Assembly (NCBI RefSeq): GCF_018350175.1
Contig: NC_058368.1
Location: 235,106,001 to 235,170,000 of the forward strand
DNA: 64,000 nt
Origin: Felis catus
Taxonomy: Eukaryota
Direction: 5' to 3'
Position numbers and translations under genes: made by a program. Below are positions 49,501 through 62,231 of the stretch, piece by piece. Position 1 is the first letter of the stretch. Every line of letters begins with the position of its first letter. Under the pieces are notes generated by a model. That model was not told the origin of the DNA, made no database searches, and saw only the letters and a program-made list of their open reading frames with translations.

Positions 49501-49751
49501 TCCTTATTAAAAATCAGTGCATACTCGTCATTTTATATATATTCAGTGTCACACACATATCCAGAAAAAATACAAAAATTTCTTTTTACGAAAAAGAAAA
49601 TAAAATAGTTGATTTAGGTGTGTTTTATTATTTACTGAAAATCAAGACAGCATGTTAGAAAACTCAACTAGTTTTTAAGAGCTACGTATCATAGATCCAA
49701 ATACCAAGTAGTTTCAAGATCTAGTTGGCGTTCTTATTGCTACTTAAAAAA

Positions 49752-49968
49752 TATATATATATATTTTTTAATGTTTATTTTTGAGAGAGAATGAGGGAAA
49801 GGCAGAGTGTGAACAGGGGAGGGGCAGAGAGAGAGGGAGACACAGAGTCTGAAGCAGGCTCCAGGCTCTGAGCTGTCAGCATGGGGGGCGGGGCTCGAAC
49901 TCAAGGAGCAGAAATCACGACCTGGGCTGAAGTTGGCCACTTAACCAACTGAGCCACCCAGGCACCCC
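49752..49968 (-). mobile_element. SINEC_Fc element
   Basis: Reverse-complement SINE ending ccacccaggcacccc. Confidence 0.93.
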
Positions 49969-52900
49969 ATTTTATTCCTATTTTTTAAATTGCTGTAAAA
50001 CACTCAAAAGGCTCACACTGTTAGCGTGACTTTCATTAGAGGTGTCTACTGACCAGGGGACAGGGACAGTGACATCATTTCCGTTAGTCAGCTGTGATTT
50101 TCTCAGGACTGGCAGGAAGTGATAATTGAGCCTCACTGAGCATTAGCAAAGACAGCGGCCGAACACGCAAATAAATTAGCGTCAAGGCCTCAGGCCAAGG
50201 TGCTAATTGACTCGGGCATTTCTTCTAAACTTGATCCCTCAGACCTGACTTCACCTGGCTACACACTCAGATTCAGCTCAGGTGGAGCCCCTGCCTCCAG
50301 GAGAAGGGAAAGAAGTCACAGGGCCCCTCTCTTCTCCTTGAAGACCTGCACTCACGCTTAATTTAGTGCCTTTGTTTCATCCGCCAAGACTCTGAGGGAG
50401 GGGAGGAGGTGCAGGAGGCAGAAGGGCAAGTCAACCAGGTCTCACGTGGCCATCTGTCCCACCTGTTGCCATGGCTCTGGCTTTCTAGAAGATGCTGTGA
50501 GTGCCATTAGAGTAGGCTGAGAGGAGTGTGCCTCGGGAGTCCGGCAGCATCCGGCATGCAGCACGCACATTGGGTCCTCCTGGTGACCTGGCCTCCTTGG
50601 CTGCCTGTCCCTGCCCAAACAAGGTTGCCCACCAGGGCTCCCAGTGATCTAAGAGCCTTGACCAACCTCAACCTCCTCTACTCTTCTGGAACATACTCGT
50701 CAGAACCTGGGCTGCACAGAGTGTTGGTCTGTCGTGCATGGGTGCCTCTGAATGGTCCGACCAGCGAACAGAAATTACTTCAGGGTCCATTTGTGCATGC
50801 ATTCTGATTCACACCTGATCGCTGCAGCGGATGGTCTATGACAGAAGGCAGGAAGAACTGAGGAGGGGGCTCCCGGAAGACCCTTTATGGGGTACAGTGA
50901 AAGCAGGCGTCCATAACCAACCCCACGGTGACATAAGATACATGCTCTCCTTCTGCCACCTGGAGTGGGGAGTGAGGTTGAGTACCGATACGGGGGGGGG
51001 GTCCCAGGTGGGATCCTGCGGGGGCTCAAGGTGGGTGCTCCCAGCCCTTGGTGCAACCGAGAATGTCCTTGGGGGAGTCAACATGCCAGACAGGGAGACT
51101 ATCTGTCAAGGCTGTGTCTTAATAGCCAGAGAGCACCTGCTTGCTGCTCTGTAGGAGCCAGAGGAAGGAGGGCGGAACTTGTGCATTTTCTCCCGGCCAG
51201 GCTCAGGATGTCTATCTCCAGGTACAGATGCTCGGCGTATGTAGATTCTCTCTCCGAGGAATGGCCACTTTCCTGATGCTGGTGCAGACATGTGCGTTTA
51301 CATTTCCCGTTCCCTGCAGTCCCACTTGGATATAGACCCAGGATGCTGTGTGCAATTAGGTAGAAGAAAACAAGCCCACTTTGCCCCTTTCTTTCAAGCT
51401 GTGTATTTAACCTTCCTATTGAGCACTCAGAAGGGCTGTGATTTTCCTTCTTTTTTTTTTTTTTTTCCTTTCTTTTTGGATCATTCTGCTCTGGTTGAGC
51501 TCATTTAACAACTTTATCGGAATCTTTTATTGAAGGTGAATTAGACTGGATGCTTATGCAACTGTAATAGCCCTGAATCAGGTTTTTCTAAATTTACACT
51601 TGAAAAGATGTACAGAAATTCCTTGCAGCTCTATAGAAGGTTCCCATTGTATGAGCCATGCAATTACAACAGGACCTGATTTGAGAGGAAACCCAGAGAC
51701 AGCAGTGGAGAAGGACCGTATGTCTGAAAAGACAAAAAGAAAGAGGTAGTGGGTAATTTCAACAGAGCAAATTTCCCGGCTCCCGGACACACTTGAATGG
51801 TGTAAAACCAGGCCATTGCTGTCCTTAGGTCCGCAAGCTCTGCTCCCGCCAACCTCCAGGGAGCCCTATTCATCTTGCTCAGGCGAAGGCAGGTTGGATT
51901 GCTCTGGTCTGAACTGGAGCACAATGGCCGACGATCAATGTCTAAACCTCCAGTACTTGACCTGGAGGGCTTCTCAGTCATCACCGTCCATAGCATTCAG
52001 CCCAGCATGGCCATGGTAACTGAGCTGAAACAGATCCAGCGTTGGGTGCCATCCGTGATTATCCTGGCTGAGAAGTTGGTCGGTGTCAGCCCCTGCCTGG
52101 GTCCCTCGGCCTCTGTGGGGTCCCGCCACAGCTTACCCCCTGGGTCAGTCCTGCCTATACCACTTCAGACCCTGCAGAGCTTTGATTGGATTTGTACCTG
52201 AAATTTATCACAGGCGCGGCAAGAGACTGGCCACTTCCTCTTTTCTTACGTGTTGCCTCGTTTCCCAGCCTAGAGCTCTGGTCCTAGAGATTTGAGAGTC
52301 TACATTTAATGACCTGCCTTCCTGCACCCCAGAACCCTTCCCAAAGCCCCGGAACTGGCAGGCTCCCCACAACCCCACCTATGGGCAGATGAACTCTTTC
52401 CACCTGCCTGGCCTGATTTCCAGGTTGGATTCTAGGCAGCATATAGTTCTGTAATGGAGCCCTTGCTTCTGGGACCTCCTGGGACCAGCCAGCAACACCT
52501 AATCATTGTTTCTGCCATATCTGTTCCTTCGTCTCCCCTGGTACCTGCTGTAAAGGCAGGCTCCAGGCCATGCACCCCTTCCCTGCCATCCCAGGCCGCT
52601 CCCTCCAATGGCCTTGCTGAGAGGGAAGGGCCTTACCTCTGGTGCCTATGGGAAGCTGGCAATAATTGTACCTACGGGAAACGATGTAACCCTACGACAT
52701 CCGAGGGACACGTACTGATGACGCTTTGGGCAACAGCGAGCCTTGCTTTGTTTCTCTGTTGCCAGATTAAAGATAAGCCCCTAGAGAAAATCAATCTGGT
52801 GGGAAGGGTGTTTCTGGTCTACTGATGGAAGGAGTAGGGGATCCATCCTGCATCTCTCATCTGCGAAGTGATACACAAATAAAACAATTGTCAATTAAAT

Positions 52901-53019
52901 GCCAACAAATGTCAATTAAAATGCCACTTGATGAGCCTCAAGTCAGGAACAACTCAGGAACCCCCAGAGTCAGCCAAGTAGCCGTGGACCTACTCTGTGC
53001 ACGGTCTCCTCTCCTGGCT

Positions 53020-53670
53020 TCCCCAACACTGCTCACTCTCATTCTCAACCCCAACTCTCTCCTTTTTCTGGCTCCTTTTCCTCTGCCCACCCTCCAGTGT
53101 CTTCTTCCTCAACCTTGACTGCCTTATCCATCTACACCTAAGGATCGCCCATTCCTACCCCCTCACAGCCTTCCTTGGCTCTAGCTCTGGATTTGGGGCT
53201 CCCGTGTGAATATTCCCCCAACAGCACCCAAACCAATTCCAGTATCTGCCACCATGTGGCTGGTTGCTCTTCTCTCCATTAGGTCAGTGGTCCCCACGTC
53301 CCTTTAAGCACAGGAAGCTGACCGCTTGCCGTACCCCTCCTCCCCTTCCCCACGTTGGGTTGGTAACAAAACCTGGTTCGTTCTCCCTGTAAGATGTCTC
53401 CCCATGGTCTCCTCCCTTTCTGTCCAGGTCTTGGATCAGATGCTTGCTCGTAACATGTCACTTTAATTACTACACCGGCCTTAAACGGATCCCCAGCCTC
53501 TACTCCACTGCCATAAACTTCCACCAGAATAATTTTCCCAACATGTAAACATGCCACGTCCATACCCGAAAGTGCCCAGAGAACCCCCTTCCTGTGCTTC
53601 AGAATTAAATGCATGTTCGTGGGCATGGCCTTGAAAACCCTTTGCGGGGCCCTGGCATATTCCTCTCCAA
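53020..53670 (+). mobile_element. L2 fragment(s)
   Basis: attactacaccggccttaaacggatcccc...ccaccagaataattttcccaacatgtaaac...gcatggccttgaaaaccct. Confidence 0.55.
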
Positions 53671-53699
53671 CTCCCCAATTAAAAATGCTTTTTTAAATT

Positions 53700-54225
53700 A
53701 AATAAACTTTTTATTTTAGAATAGTTTTAGAATTACTGGAAAGTTGTGAAGAATGCCGTGGGTACAGCCTTCACCCAGCTGCCTGCTTTGCGCCTTATGC
53801 CTGCTTTGCCAAAGCACTTTGGGAAAAAGCAAAGTCAACATAGCTACCTTATTTTAACTTAACCTCAGACTTTATTGGGACTTCCGGTTTCTCCCCCTTT
53901 CTGTTCCAGGCTCCCATCCGGGCTCCCACTGACCTGCCACATTTCTCCAGTGTCCCATCACATCCTTGTGGTTCATAACCTAACAGTCTGGAGGGGATTG
54001 GTCAAGGATTCTGTAGTGTCCTATATGGGCTTCCTGAGGTTTCCTCGTTAGACTGGGATGATGGATTTGGGGGAAGGACAGCACAGGGTGAAATGTCTGC
54101 CTCGCCACTTGACACCACAGATGTGTGATGTCCACATGTCAATCTTCATCAGGTCAGGTGGTTTCAGCCAGGAATCTCTACTGCAAGTCACTATCTTTCC
54201 CTTCCAGACTCCATTTTTGGGATAT
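53700..54225 (-). mobile_element. L1MC-type 3' end
   Basis: actttttattttagaatagttttaga...ctgttccaggctcccatcc...ggtcaaggattctgtag...tttgggggaagga...ctctactgcaagtcactatctttccc. Confidence 0.8.
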
Positions 54226-55349
54226 GATACACCCTCCAGTCCAAGATCTTGCCCAGCAGGCTTTCCATGGCCTATAAAGATGCTGAATCGACAGCAGACA
54301 TCAAACTCATTGCCTTTGTGGGGAAGAAGTTCTGCCCCTGCTCTGATTTCCATGAGGACTGCTCCCCACCCCTCAAGGACTCTCCATCATGGCAGGCGGG
54401 ACATGGCCAACTATGGCGTCTGCTTAACTTGGCCCTTCTTCACCTTCTTTTGGAGGTGGGATGTGCAGAAAAACCATGTGCTACTCCCTCCCAGGCCCAA
54501 GCTAACAGGAACCACGTCTCTACAAGGAGGGAGGTCCCCGTAATTCCAGGCCCATTGCTGGGAAGACCTTGTTGCTGCGTGCATGGGGGAAATAGAGCTG
54601 GCAACGGGGTCACTTCTGACTCCCCCCTTTGGCTCTCCTCCCTCTTAGCTCTAAACTCAGGCAGGAAAGCAGAGGTGGGGGGTTTAGTATCCCTCAGAGC
54701 CTAACCACCTTTCTGGACCCAACAGTTCTCCATTTGGGAGTTGTTCTAGGGAAACAGGAGGGACTGAGATAGAAAGTTCGTGCTGAAGAATGCCTACTTC
54801 CAGTGTTATTCATAGGATGTAAAATGTGGAGGCACCTCTTGTCCTCCATGCTATACATGTGGCAAATTACTAGATCCTGGAATCTGTGCCCTTATGTGGC
54901 TCTGGTCTGCCACTCTTTCTACTGATGGCCCCTTTAAGGCTCACCATCCTTGTCCTTTCCCTGGGTTCCTCTGGGATCCCTGACTCTATTTCCCCCCTCT
55001 GTCCATGCTGCCCCCTTCCGGCACAGGGACCTTCTTGAGCTCATCTAGTTACCCACCTGCCCTGTGGCACACCTTCAAGTCTCCCCATTGTCTGAACTCG
55101 ACAGAGTCTAAACCCCTCGGCACGGCTGACATGGCCCTCCCTGACTCAGCCACAGAGTAAGACAAGCCAAACACCTATTTTTCCACTATCTCTTGTGACT
55201 AGGAATTGCAGGAAAGCGTTGCTAATGATACTTTTCACATTAATGATTGATTGTAGGTTCCTCTGTATATTTTCCTATTATATTTCTCATAAATTTTCCA
55301 CTATGAGCTTTGTAGTAATTGCCTTTATACTAATGTAAAGAAAACATTT

Positions 55350-55421
55350 TTTAAATTTAAATTCAATTTAGTTAACATAGTCTTGGTTTAGGAGGAGAAC
55401 CCAGTGATTCATCTTTTACAT
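55350..55421 (-). mobile_element. Very short L1_Carn tail
   Basis: tttaaattcaatttagttaacatag...ggagaacccagtgattcatc. Confidence 0.7.
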
Positions 55422-55508
55422 GTGAAATCATTTTTTTAAAGAGTTAATATGACCTACTTGGAGGGAATATAAGGCATTTTGGGCTTCATCACTTAAAAAT
55501 GTTTTTGA

Positions 55509-55975
55509 GGGGTGCCTAGGTGGCTCAGTCGGTCGAGCATCTGACTTCGGTTCAGGTCATAATCTCATGGTCGGTGAGTTCGAGCCCTGCATCGGGCTCT
55601 GTGCTGGCAGCTCTGAGCCTGGAGCCTGCTTCTGATTCTGTGTCTCCCTCTCTCTCTGCCCCTCCCCTGCTCACACTCTGTTTCTGTCTCTCTCTCCTTC
55701 AAAAATAAATTTAAAAAAATTTTTTAATAAAAAAAAAAAGAAAAAAAAACAGGGGTGCCTGGGTGGCTCAGTCGGTTGAGCGTCTGACTTCGGTTCGGGT
55801 CATGATCTCATGGTCAGTGAGTTCGAGCCCTTCGTCGGGCTCTGTGCTGGCAGCTCGGAGCCTGGAGCCTGCTTCCGATTCTGTGTCTCCCTCTCTCTCT
55901 GCCCCTCCTCTGCTCACACTCTGTTTCTGTCTCTCTCTCAAAAATAAATAAACATTAAAGAAACATTTAAAAAAA
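55509..55975 (+). mobile_element. Head-to-tail SINEC_Fc dimer (units start at 55509 and 55752)
   Basis: Two full SINEs share unusual variants and are flanked by one TSD taaaaatgtttttga (55494-55508 and 55976-55990). Confidence 0.95.
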
Positions 55976-55979
55976 TAAA

Positions 55980-56140
55980 AATGTTTTTGAAGTCTAATTA
56001 ACAATACGGGGTCAGATTAGATTCAGGGGTACGACGTAGTGATTCAACAGTTCTATCCACTTCTCAGTGCTCGTCACGATCAGTGAACTCATGACCCCCT
56101 CCCCTGTTTCACCCATCCCCCCACCCACCTCCCCTCTGAC
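55980..56140 (-). mobile_element. L1_Carn-type 3' tail, host of the SINE dimer
   Basis: attagattcaggggtacgacgtagtgattcaacagttcta...ctcagtgctc...tttcacccatcccccca. Confidence 0.75.
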
Positions 56141-56864
56141 TTAAACACATTTTAATGGTAAAAACAAACACCTTGCCTTAGCAGCTACTGAGTTGGAGCC
56201 CAAAGTCCAAGGGGTAGTTACGGAAAGTATGTGGTTGCTGTTTCACCTGCAAATGTGACACCTGACAGAGAGTGGTTCAGGTTTTGTCCTCTCAGATGGC
56301 ATCGGTGCCCTGTGCACCCAAAGTGTCCTCCTGCCCGTCCACTTTCGTGATAAAGTGGTGCAGGGGCACCATCACCCTTCCCTCTCAGTGCCTCTTGGTT
56401 GTACTTCGCTCTGTTGCTTTTAGCTCTGCTTCCAAGGGGCTTCCGAGATGGCCAGCCATTGCCTGTGGTGCTCTGAGCTCGTCTGCACCCACAAGGCCCC
56501 CCTCTGACTTCTTGGTCTGTCTGCCACCCTTGGAAGAGCCCTGCATCCAGAGAGGGATGCCCCTGGCTCGTGGCCGCTTCCCTGACAGCCTGCCTGGGAC
56601 ACAGGTCGGCGGTAAGCAGGGCCCCACGGGAACTTGAACAGAGGCTCTGTCTGCTCCCCACGGTGAACCAGCCTACACAGCCTCTTCACCCCATCAAGGG
56701 ACAGGGTAGGTGGAAAAGAGACGCCATATAGAAAGGCGACAAGGAACGCGACGGGGCGGATTTCTGGGTCTGGTAAAAGCCGGTTCCAGGCTGAGACCGG
56801 ATCGCTGATGGCAGCCATCTGGGTCTTGACTGCACCGTGGTGCCGCTGTCCTCACCGGGCTGAT

Positions 56865-57470
56865 TGGCAAGGGAGCCACTAGCCACTTGGGGCTGTTCGT
56901 ATTTAAAGAAAATTAAACAAATGTAAAATGTAGTTCTGTATAAGTTTTCTATTGCTGCTCTAACAAATTACCCCAAACTCAGTGGATCAAACAACACATT
57001 TGCATGAATGTACTAATCTGGAGGTCAGAGGCCCACCCCAGACCTCACAGCACTGCAAGCCTTTCTGGAGGTTCTGGGAGAGAATTCCTTCCTGACCTCT
57101 TCCAGCTTCTGGAGGCCCTCTCACCCGGCCCCACGCTGACAGCCTCCTCCGTCCCCCTTGCACGTTGAAGGACCCTCGTGATTGCATCGGGTCCACCTGG
57201 AGAACCCAGGGCCATCTGCCACGATGAGGTCTGTTCATCAGCAACTTTTATTCCATCAGCTTCCTCAACCTACCTTCACCACGCAGCTCAGGTCTTCGCC
57301 AGCCGTTAGGTCAGGTGCAGCTCTGGGAAGGTCACTACTCTGCCCTCCACAAATTCCCAGCCAGGAGCCACACTTTGACGGCTCAAAGCGCAAGTGGGTA
57401 GCAGGCACCAGGTTGACCGAAGCCAACGTGTGTCTCTCCATTATTACAGAAAGCTCTAACAGACACCCCC
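56865..57470. mobile_element. MER3/MER33-like hAT-Charlie MITE split by MLT1D
   Basis: gccactagccacttggggct...aaatgtagttc (before) and agccacacttt...tccattattacagaaagctcta (after). Confidence 0.7.
56937..57351 (-). mobile_element. MLT1D-like MaLR LTR
   Basis: tgtataagttttctattgctgctctaacaaattacc...ctttctggaggttctgggagagaatt...ggaccctcgtgattgcatcgggtccacctgga...ctctgccctccaca. Confidence 0.88.
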
Positions 57471-59562
57471 AAGTAACTCTTGCAAAACGCCCCACCTCTG
57501 CCCCCCCAGGCCTGCAGAAACCACCTTGCTCTTCTGGAAGCAACAGTGCATTTACCGGCTTGCTGTGGGTAGGGCTAGAGGGTCTGCGGGAGGAGAGGCC
57601 CTCCAGGTGCTCAAGCAGGCTGAGCCAGGGAAGGGATCGGTGCGAGGAAGAGAGCTGACCCCATTCTCCTCTTTAATCTTACAAGTTTCTGTCGCAATGG
57701 TTAAATTTAGCTTGAAGAATAACAGAGGGAGACCACTGACATTGCGCCTGGACCCACAGGACGGATTCTGAAGAGGTCATGGCAGGAAGCATCCCAAGTC
57801 CCCAGATAGTGCTCGGAATATACTAACATCTGTGAAAATTGCGAAAATTTTAAGAACTTGTCTCACTTGTCTTCGTCTCTGAGACCACTTCTCTGATTAT
57901 GAACTTTGTCATTATAAATAAAACTTTGGTCACATTTGAGTCTGAGCTGAGGACGCTTGTCCTTCACGGTGGCTGAAAGGACATGTTTTCAGTCCTGCGC
58001 TTCTGGTCGGAAAGAGATGATGAGATCATGGGATCAGAAACTGTTGAGTCTAATTAGCATATGGCTAGTCGCACCAGCACTGACCTGGTCTGCCCAGCAC
58101 CAACCATCCGGACCAGACGTGCTGATTACACCAGGCAGAAAGGGACATGGGCTCCTAGGTCCCTGAGCTTGCAGGTCACAAAGGTAGAGGCTCTTCAATT
58201 CTGAAAAAGCACCAACTTCTTTGCGGCCCTTCGGGTGGGGATCCCTCTGCCCAAGAGGAGAAGCGAGGAGCCGGCTAGAGCCCCCCACCCCTGCGGCTCT
58301 GAAAAGGGACTGGTAGACATTAGGGAGAAACCCAGAGGGACGGCGAAGGAGCGACAGAGCGGCCACTCGTGAAGCCCACACACGGATCGGCCACATGTCA
58401 CTTCCAAGAAAGGGAAGCCTGGAAGAAGACACCACATCAGAGCCATCGCGTTGAGCAGCGGCTGAAGGATGTGCACAAACCATCACAAACCGGGACCACG
58501 CTGAGGGGCTCCCTGGCGTGAGCCCCGACTGCAGACGAGGCTGCAAAGATTTCTCGACCTCTGACCCTTAAAAGAAAAAAGAAGCAAAGTTCTCTGTCTC
58601 AAAGGCATTAGGAGCAGGGCAACTTCAAACAGATAACTGAATTCCTTCTCCTGCCTTCAGTGGAAGGGTAGACCGAATCGCTGAACGTTCACTGAACAGG
58701 CAGCTCAGGGAATCCGGGTAAAAGTCGGAGACGTGGCTTTATGTCTATCACCTCCAGGTCCCCGTACAGCAGAACGCATCTCCCAAGCTCTAGCAAGGTT
58801 TCACATCCTGCACAGAGGACCCGAGGCGACGGGTGCAAAATTCGCAGACCGCTGTGAACAAATCCATCGCTTCCATCAGAAAAGCACTTCTCGGGGTGGA
58901 TGTGTTGCGATATCTCTGCATTTCATCCTGGTGTCAACAGGTATCGTGCACCTGACAGCCCTCCGATGCAAGTCTAGGGCGTCCGGCTGGAGCTGGGCTC
59001 CCAGTCACTGCCTTCTGCCCCACACGGCCTGCGCTTTACCAGGCTTGACTGTGTTCGGGTGTGAGGTGTCTGCCAGGGGACCTTGTCCCTCTTCATGAGT
59101 GAATGCAACCTTGCTGTGCAGCACAGAAGTGGGGGCACCCAGGACCCTCTCTCTCAGAGGAAGGGGAACAGCTCGGTGATGGTGTGGCCTGGGGAGGAAG
59201 GCGGGGAAGCAGTATGGGCCCTGTGCCAGGTGAGAAGTGGGGGCAGGGGAGCCAGTGGGGGAGATGCTACATCACAAGGAGTGTGGACCCCAGGGTCTCC
59301 CAGGTGGTCTCATGGCCCCATGCTGTCGGCTTTACTGCTTGTGAGGCTGGAGCCCATGTGGCCAAGGCTGGGGGCCAGACCTGGCCCTGGGTCGGGGGGC
59401 GGGGCACTCACCTGGTGGATGAAGTCTGCTCGCTCAGTGGGGTCCAAGAGCATGGAGAGAGCGGGAGAGAGGCCAAGGTGGAGAAGACGCCTGCTGGGGA
59501 GGGGGACGCAGAGCACCGCCCTCAGCCCCTGTCCCAGCGCCCTGTCCCACTGTTCACCATAG

Positions 59563-59900
59563 TGACAAAGACCCTTCTTGAACCAACTCTAGACAGGCTC
59601 CTCGGAGCCCCCTTCTCACTGGAGCCTCGTCCCCGAGCCTCGACCTGCCCAGCCCGCTTTTAGGCAGAATCCCACTAAGTCCGTTGAGCAGGAATCCCTC
59701 ACCGTTGATACCTGATCAGGTCCCTCAACAACGCTTGAGGTGTTTGGGTCCTCGGCTTGCCTTTGGCAAGAGTCCCGTTAGGCCTGTCTAGCAAGAATCC
59801 CTCACCCTTGATGTCCCCTCTTAGTACGTGTCCATCCCTGGCCCTCACTGTCCCCTGGCGGTGAATTCCCAGCTGCCCCTGTTGTATCTGCAGGAGGGCC
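59563..59900 (+). mobile_element. MER31-family ERV1 LTR
   Basis: Starts tgacaaagac. Contains caggctcctcggagccc, repeated gcaagaatccc...cccttgat and cccttgatgtcccctcttagta, as in MER31. Confidence 0.85.
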
Positions 59901-60591
59901 CATGTTACTGAAGCCCCCAGGTACTGAGTAAGCATCATCCAGGTACTTTGTGAAGTAAGCACATCCCCCAGGTACTGAGTAAGCACTGTCTCTACTGCCG
60001 GTAGCCGATGTCTGCTTCATCCTCTAGCCTCCACAGCCTCTCTGCCCTCAGTGTCTCCTGCTGCATGGACAGAGGCAGCCTGGGGGGGGCAGGCTTGGGC
60101 GGGAAGACACCGCCAGTCTTCCTGAACCTTCCCGTTCCCGAATCTGCTTCCCCTGGGGACCCATGTTCCAAGTCCTAACCTGGTGTCCATCCTGCTCCTG
60201 CCTGTGTTTGCAATCCCTTAAATAGCCTCCTGTGCTCTGCCCCTTACTGATAGTCTATGCAACTGAAACTCAAATGCGGATCATCTATTGCCTCTTATTG
60301 AACAAGGTTCATTGTCTTTGTTCTATATGAAACTGTTTACACTTCGGCCGTTCTGGTTCTCAGGGAAAAAGCCTCAAATAACAACACTAAATAGCCCTTA
60401 ACGTATATTTGGTCTCCAGCTGATCTTTTTAAAAATGCAGATCTGTGTCACTACCTTGGAAAAGGCAAAGAAGGAGGACAAATAAAGTTGTGTTCTAAGC
60501 GACACAAAGAAAGTAACCTGAGGCCTGACCCTTGCAAGCATACGAGCTAATAAGCCTGTCACCACATGTAAAAATGACCCTCTCTTTTAAA

Positions 60592-60803
60592 TTTTTTTTT
60601 AACGTTTATTTATTTTTGAGACAGAGAGAGACAGAGCATGAACGGGGGAGGGGCAGAGAGAGAGGGAGACACAGAATCGGAAGCAGGCTCCAGGCTCTGA
60701 GCCATCAGCCCAGAGCCCGACGCGGGGCTCGAACTCACGGATCACGAGATCGTGACCTGAGCTGAAGTCAGACGCTTAACAGACTGAGCCACCCAGGCAC
60801 CCC
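60592..60803 (-). mobile_element. SINEC_Fc element
   Basis: Perfect 17-bp TSD tgaccctctcttttaaa (60575-60591 and 60804-60820). Confidence 0.97.
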
Positions 60804-60835
60804 TGACCCTCTCTTTTAAAGAGGCCTGTAATCCA

Positions 60836-61047
60836 GGGGCGCCTGGGGGGGCTCAGTCAGTTGGACATCCGACTCTTGATTTCAGCTCAGGTCATGCTCT
60901 CACGGTTCATGAAATGGAGCCCCAGGTCGGACTTTGCACTGACAGCAAGAAGCCTGCTTGAGATTCTCTGCCCCTCCCCTATTCATGCACACACACACAC
61001 ACACACTCTCTCTCTCTCTCAAAATAAATAAACGTTTTTTGAAAAAG
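60836..61047 (+). mobile_element. Can-SINE (older subfamily) with internal (CA)n(CT)n
   Basis: ggggcgcctgggggggctcagtcagttg...gactcttgatttcagctcaggtc and A tail. Confidence 0.92.
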
Positions 61048-62186
61048 GTGTCTGCAATCCGAATGCTTAAAGCACACAGCATATTCATGATGAGAACAAA
61101 TGTGTCCCCTTCAGCAAACATGAAGAGTGAACACTGTCTCACTTCAGAGGCAAGCTGTCGGTGGAGTGCAGACAACCACCAAAAAAGATGTAACAGGTGT
61201 AAATGAGGAAAAAAAAGACCAAACGCTGCCCATCCCATGAATATTACCATGCTCAGGATGGTACATATCATTAGGAACAATTATCATGCTCTATTACAGG
61301 CAGAGATTGAAATGTGCCATAGAACAGGAAAAAGAACTAGGGAATTCAGACAGCACACCAGGAGATGAGGAAAAAGAAATAAAAATAAGAAAACTCCAGA
61401 CCCTCATGTATTACCAGGAGAATTTCAGTTAAAAGAGAAAATCAAGAGCTTTCAAACATCAGATTGCTAGCTGCATATCAAGAAGGGTATTAACATATTT
61501 TCATTGAGACTGTGCTCTGTGCCTCATGCAAAGTACCCATTCTTGAGAAAGTGACACCCTTGAACAGAGTCATAATAACCAGTCAGTCGTACGCTAAATA
61601 AAATATTAACAAATGGTTAAGCACGTAGGCTTAAGAACAGTGATGTACGAAGTGCCCACCCGGAGACCATAGATTTCTTTAAAAACGTATATAATACACA
61701 GAATATCACAACACTGTCTACACTTCAATACTGCTCTGACGCTTAGCTTATAATTATGCAGAATCGCTATTTCTTTATGTTGCTGAGACAGCACCAGCCT
61801 TTTTTTATTCCTTTTCTTTTTTTTTACACCACCAGCCTTTTTCAGATTTTCTAGTGGAAGGCTCAAGTAGCTGAGGTTGACCTCTAGAAGTCTTTACCAA
61901 GTTCCGGTAATATGTCAGTTTCTACAGTGATTCCAAAAGACGTGAAAGCACCGTTTTCAGAGTTTGTGACCGATCTGATAGTTATCAGCAGAGAGGGACA
62001 TCAGAGATGACATCGCCACATGGTTTGTGGAAGGCCGTAGGGAGCGGGATGTGGTGTGGTGCTCGCACTGGTGGGAAAGGCAGCGCCCCTGCAGGACAGG
62101 TCAGCGGACCCCTTGTGGAGCTGCAGTGGGAAATCAGTCTCGAGTGATGATGTGGGATTTCAGCGGAAGGAAGGAATGGCTCACAG

Positions 62187-62189
<3 letters not shown>

Positions 62190-62231
<42 letters not shown>

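Noticed and set aside
51450..51535. Possible processed pseudogene 3' end on the minus strand (T-run plus tttatt)
   Set aside because: The signal is too far from the run, there is no TSD, and no recognisable coding sequence lies upstream.
59083..59663. Longest ORFs (159-186 aa), also 62523-63065 and 58034-58546
   Set aside because: No recognisable domain. They are overlapping ORFs in GC-rich sequence, partly running into LTRs, as expected by chance.
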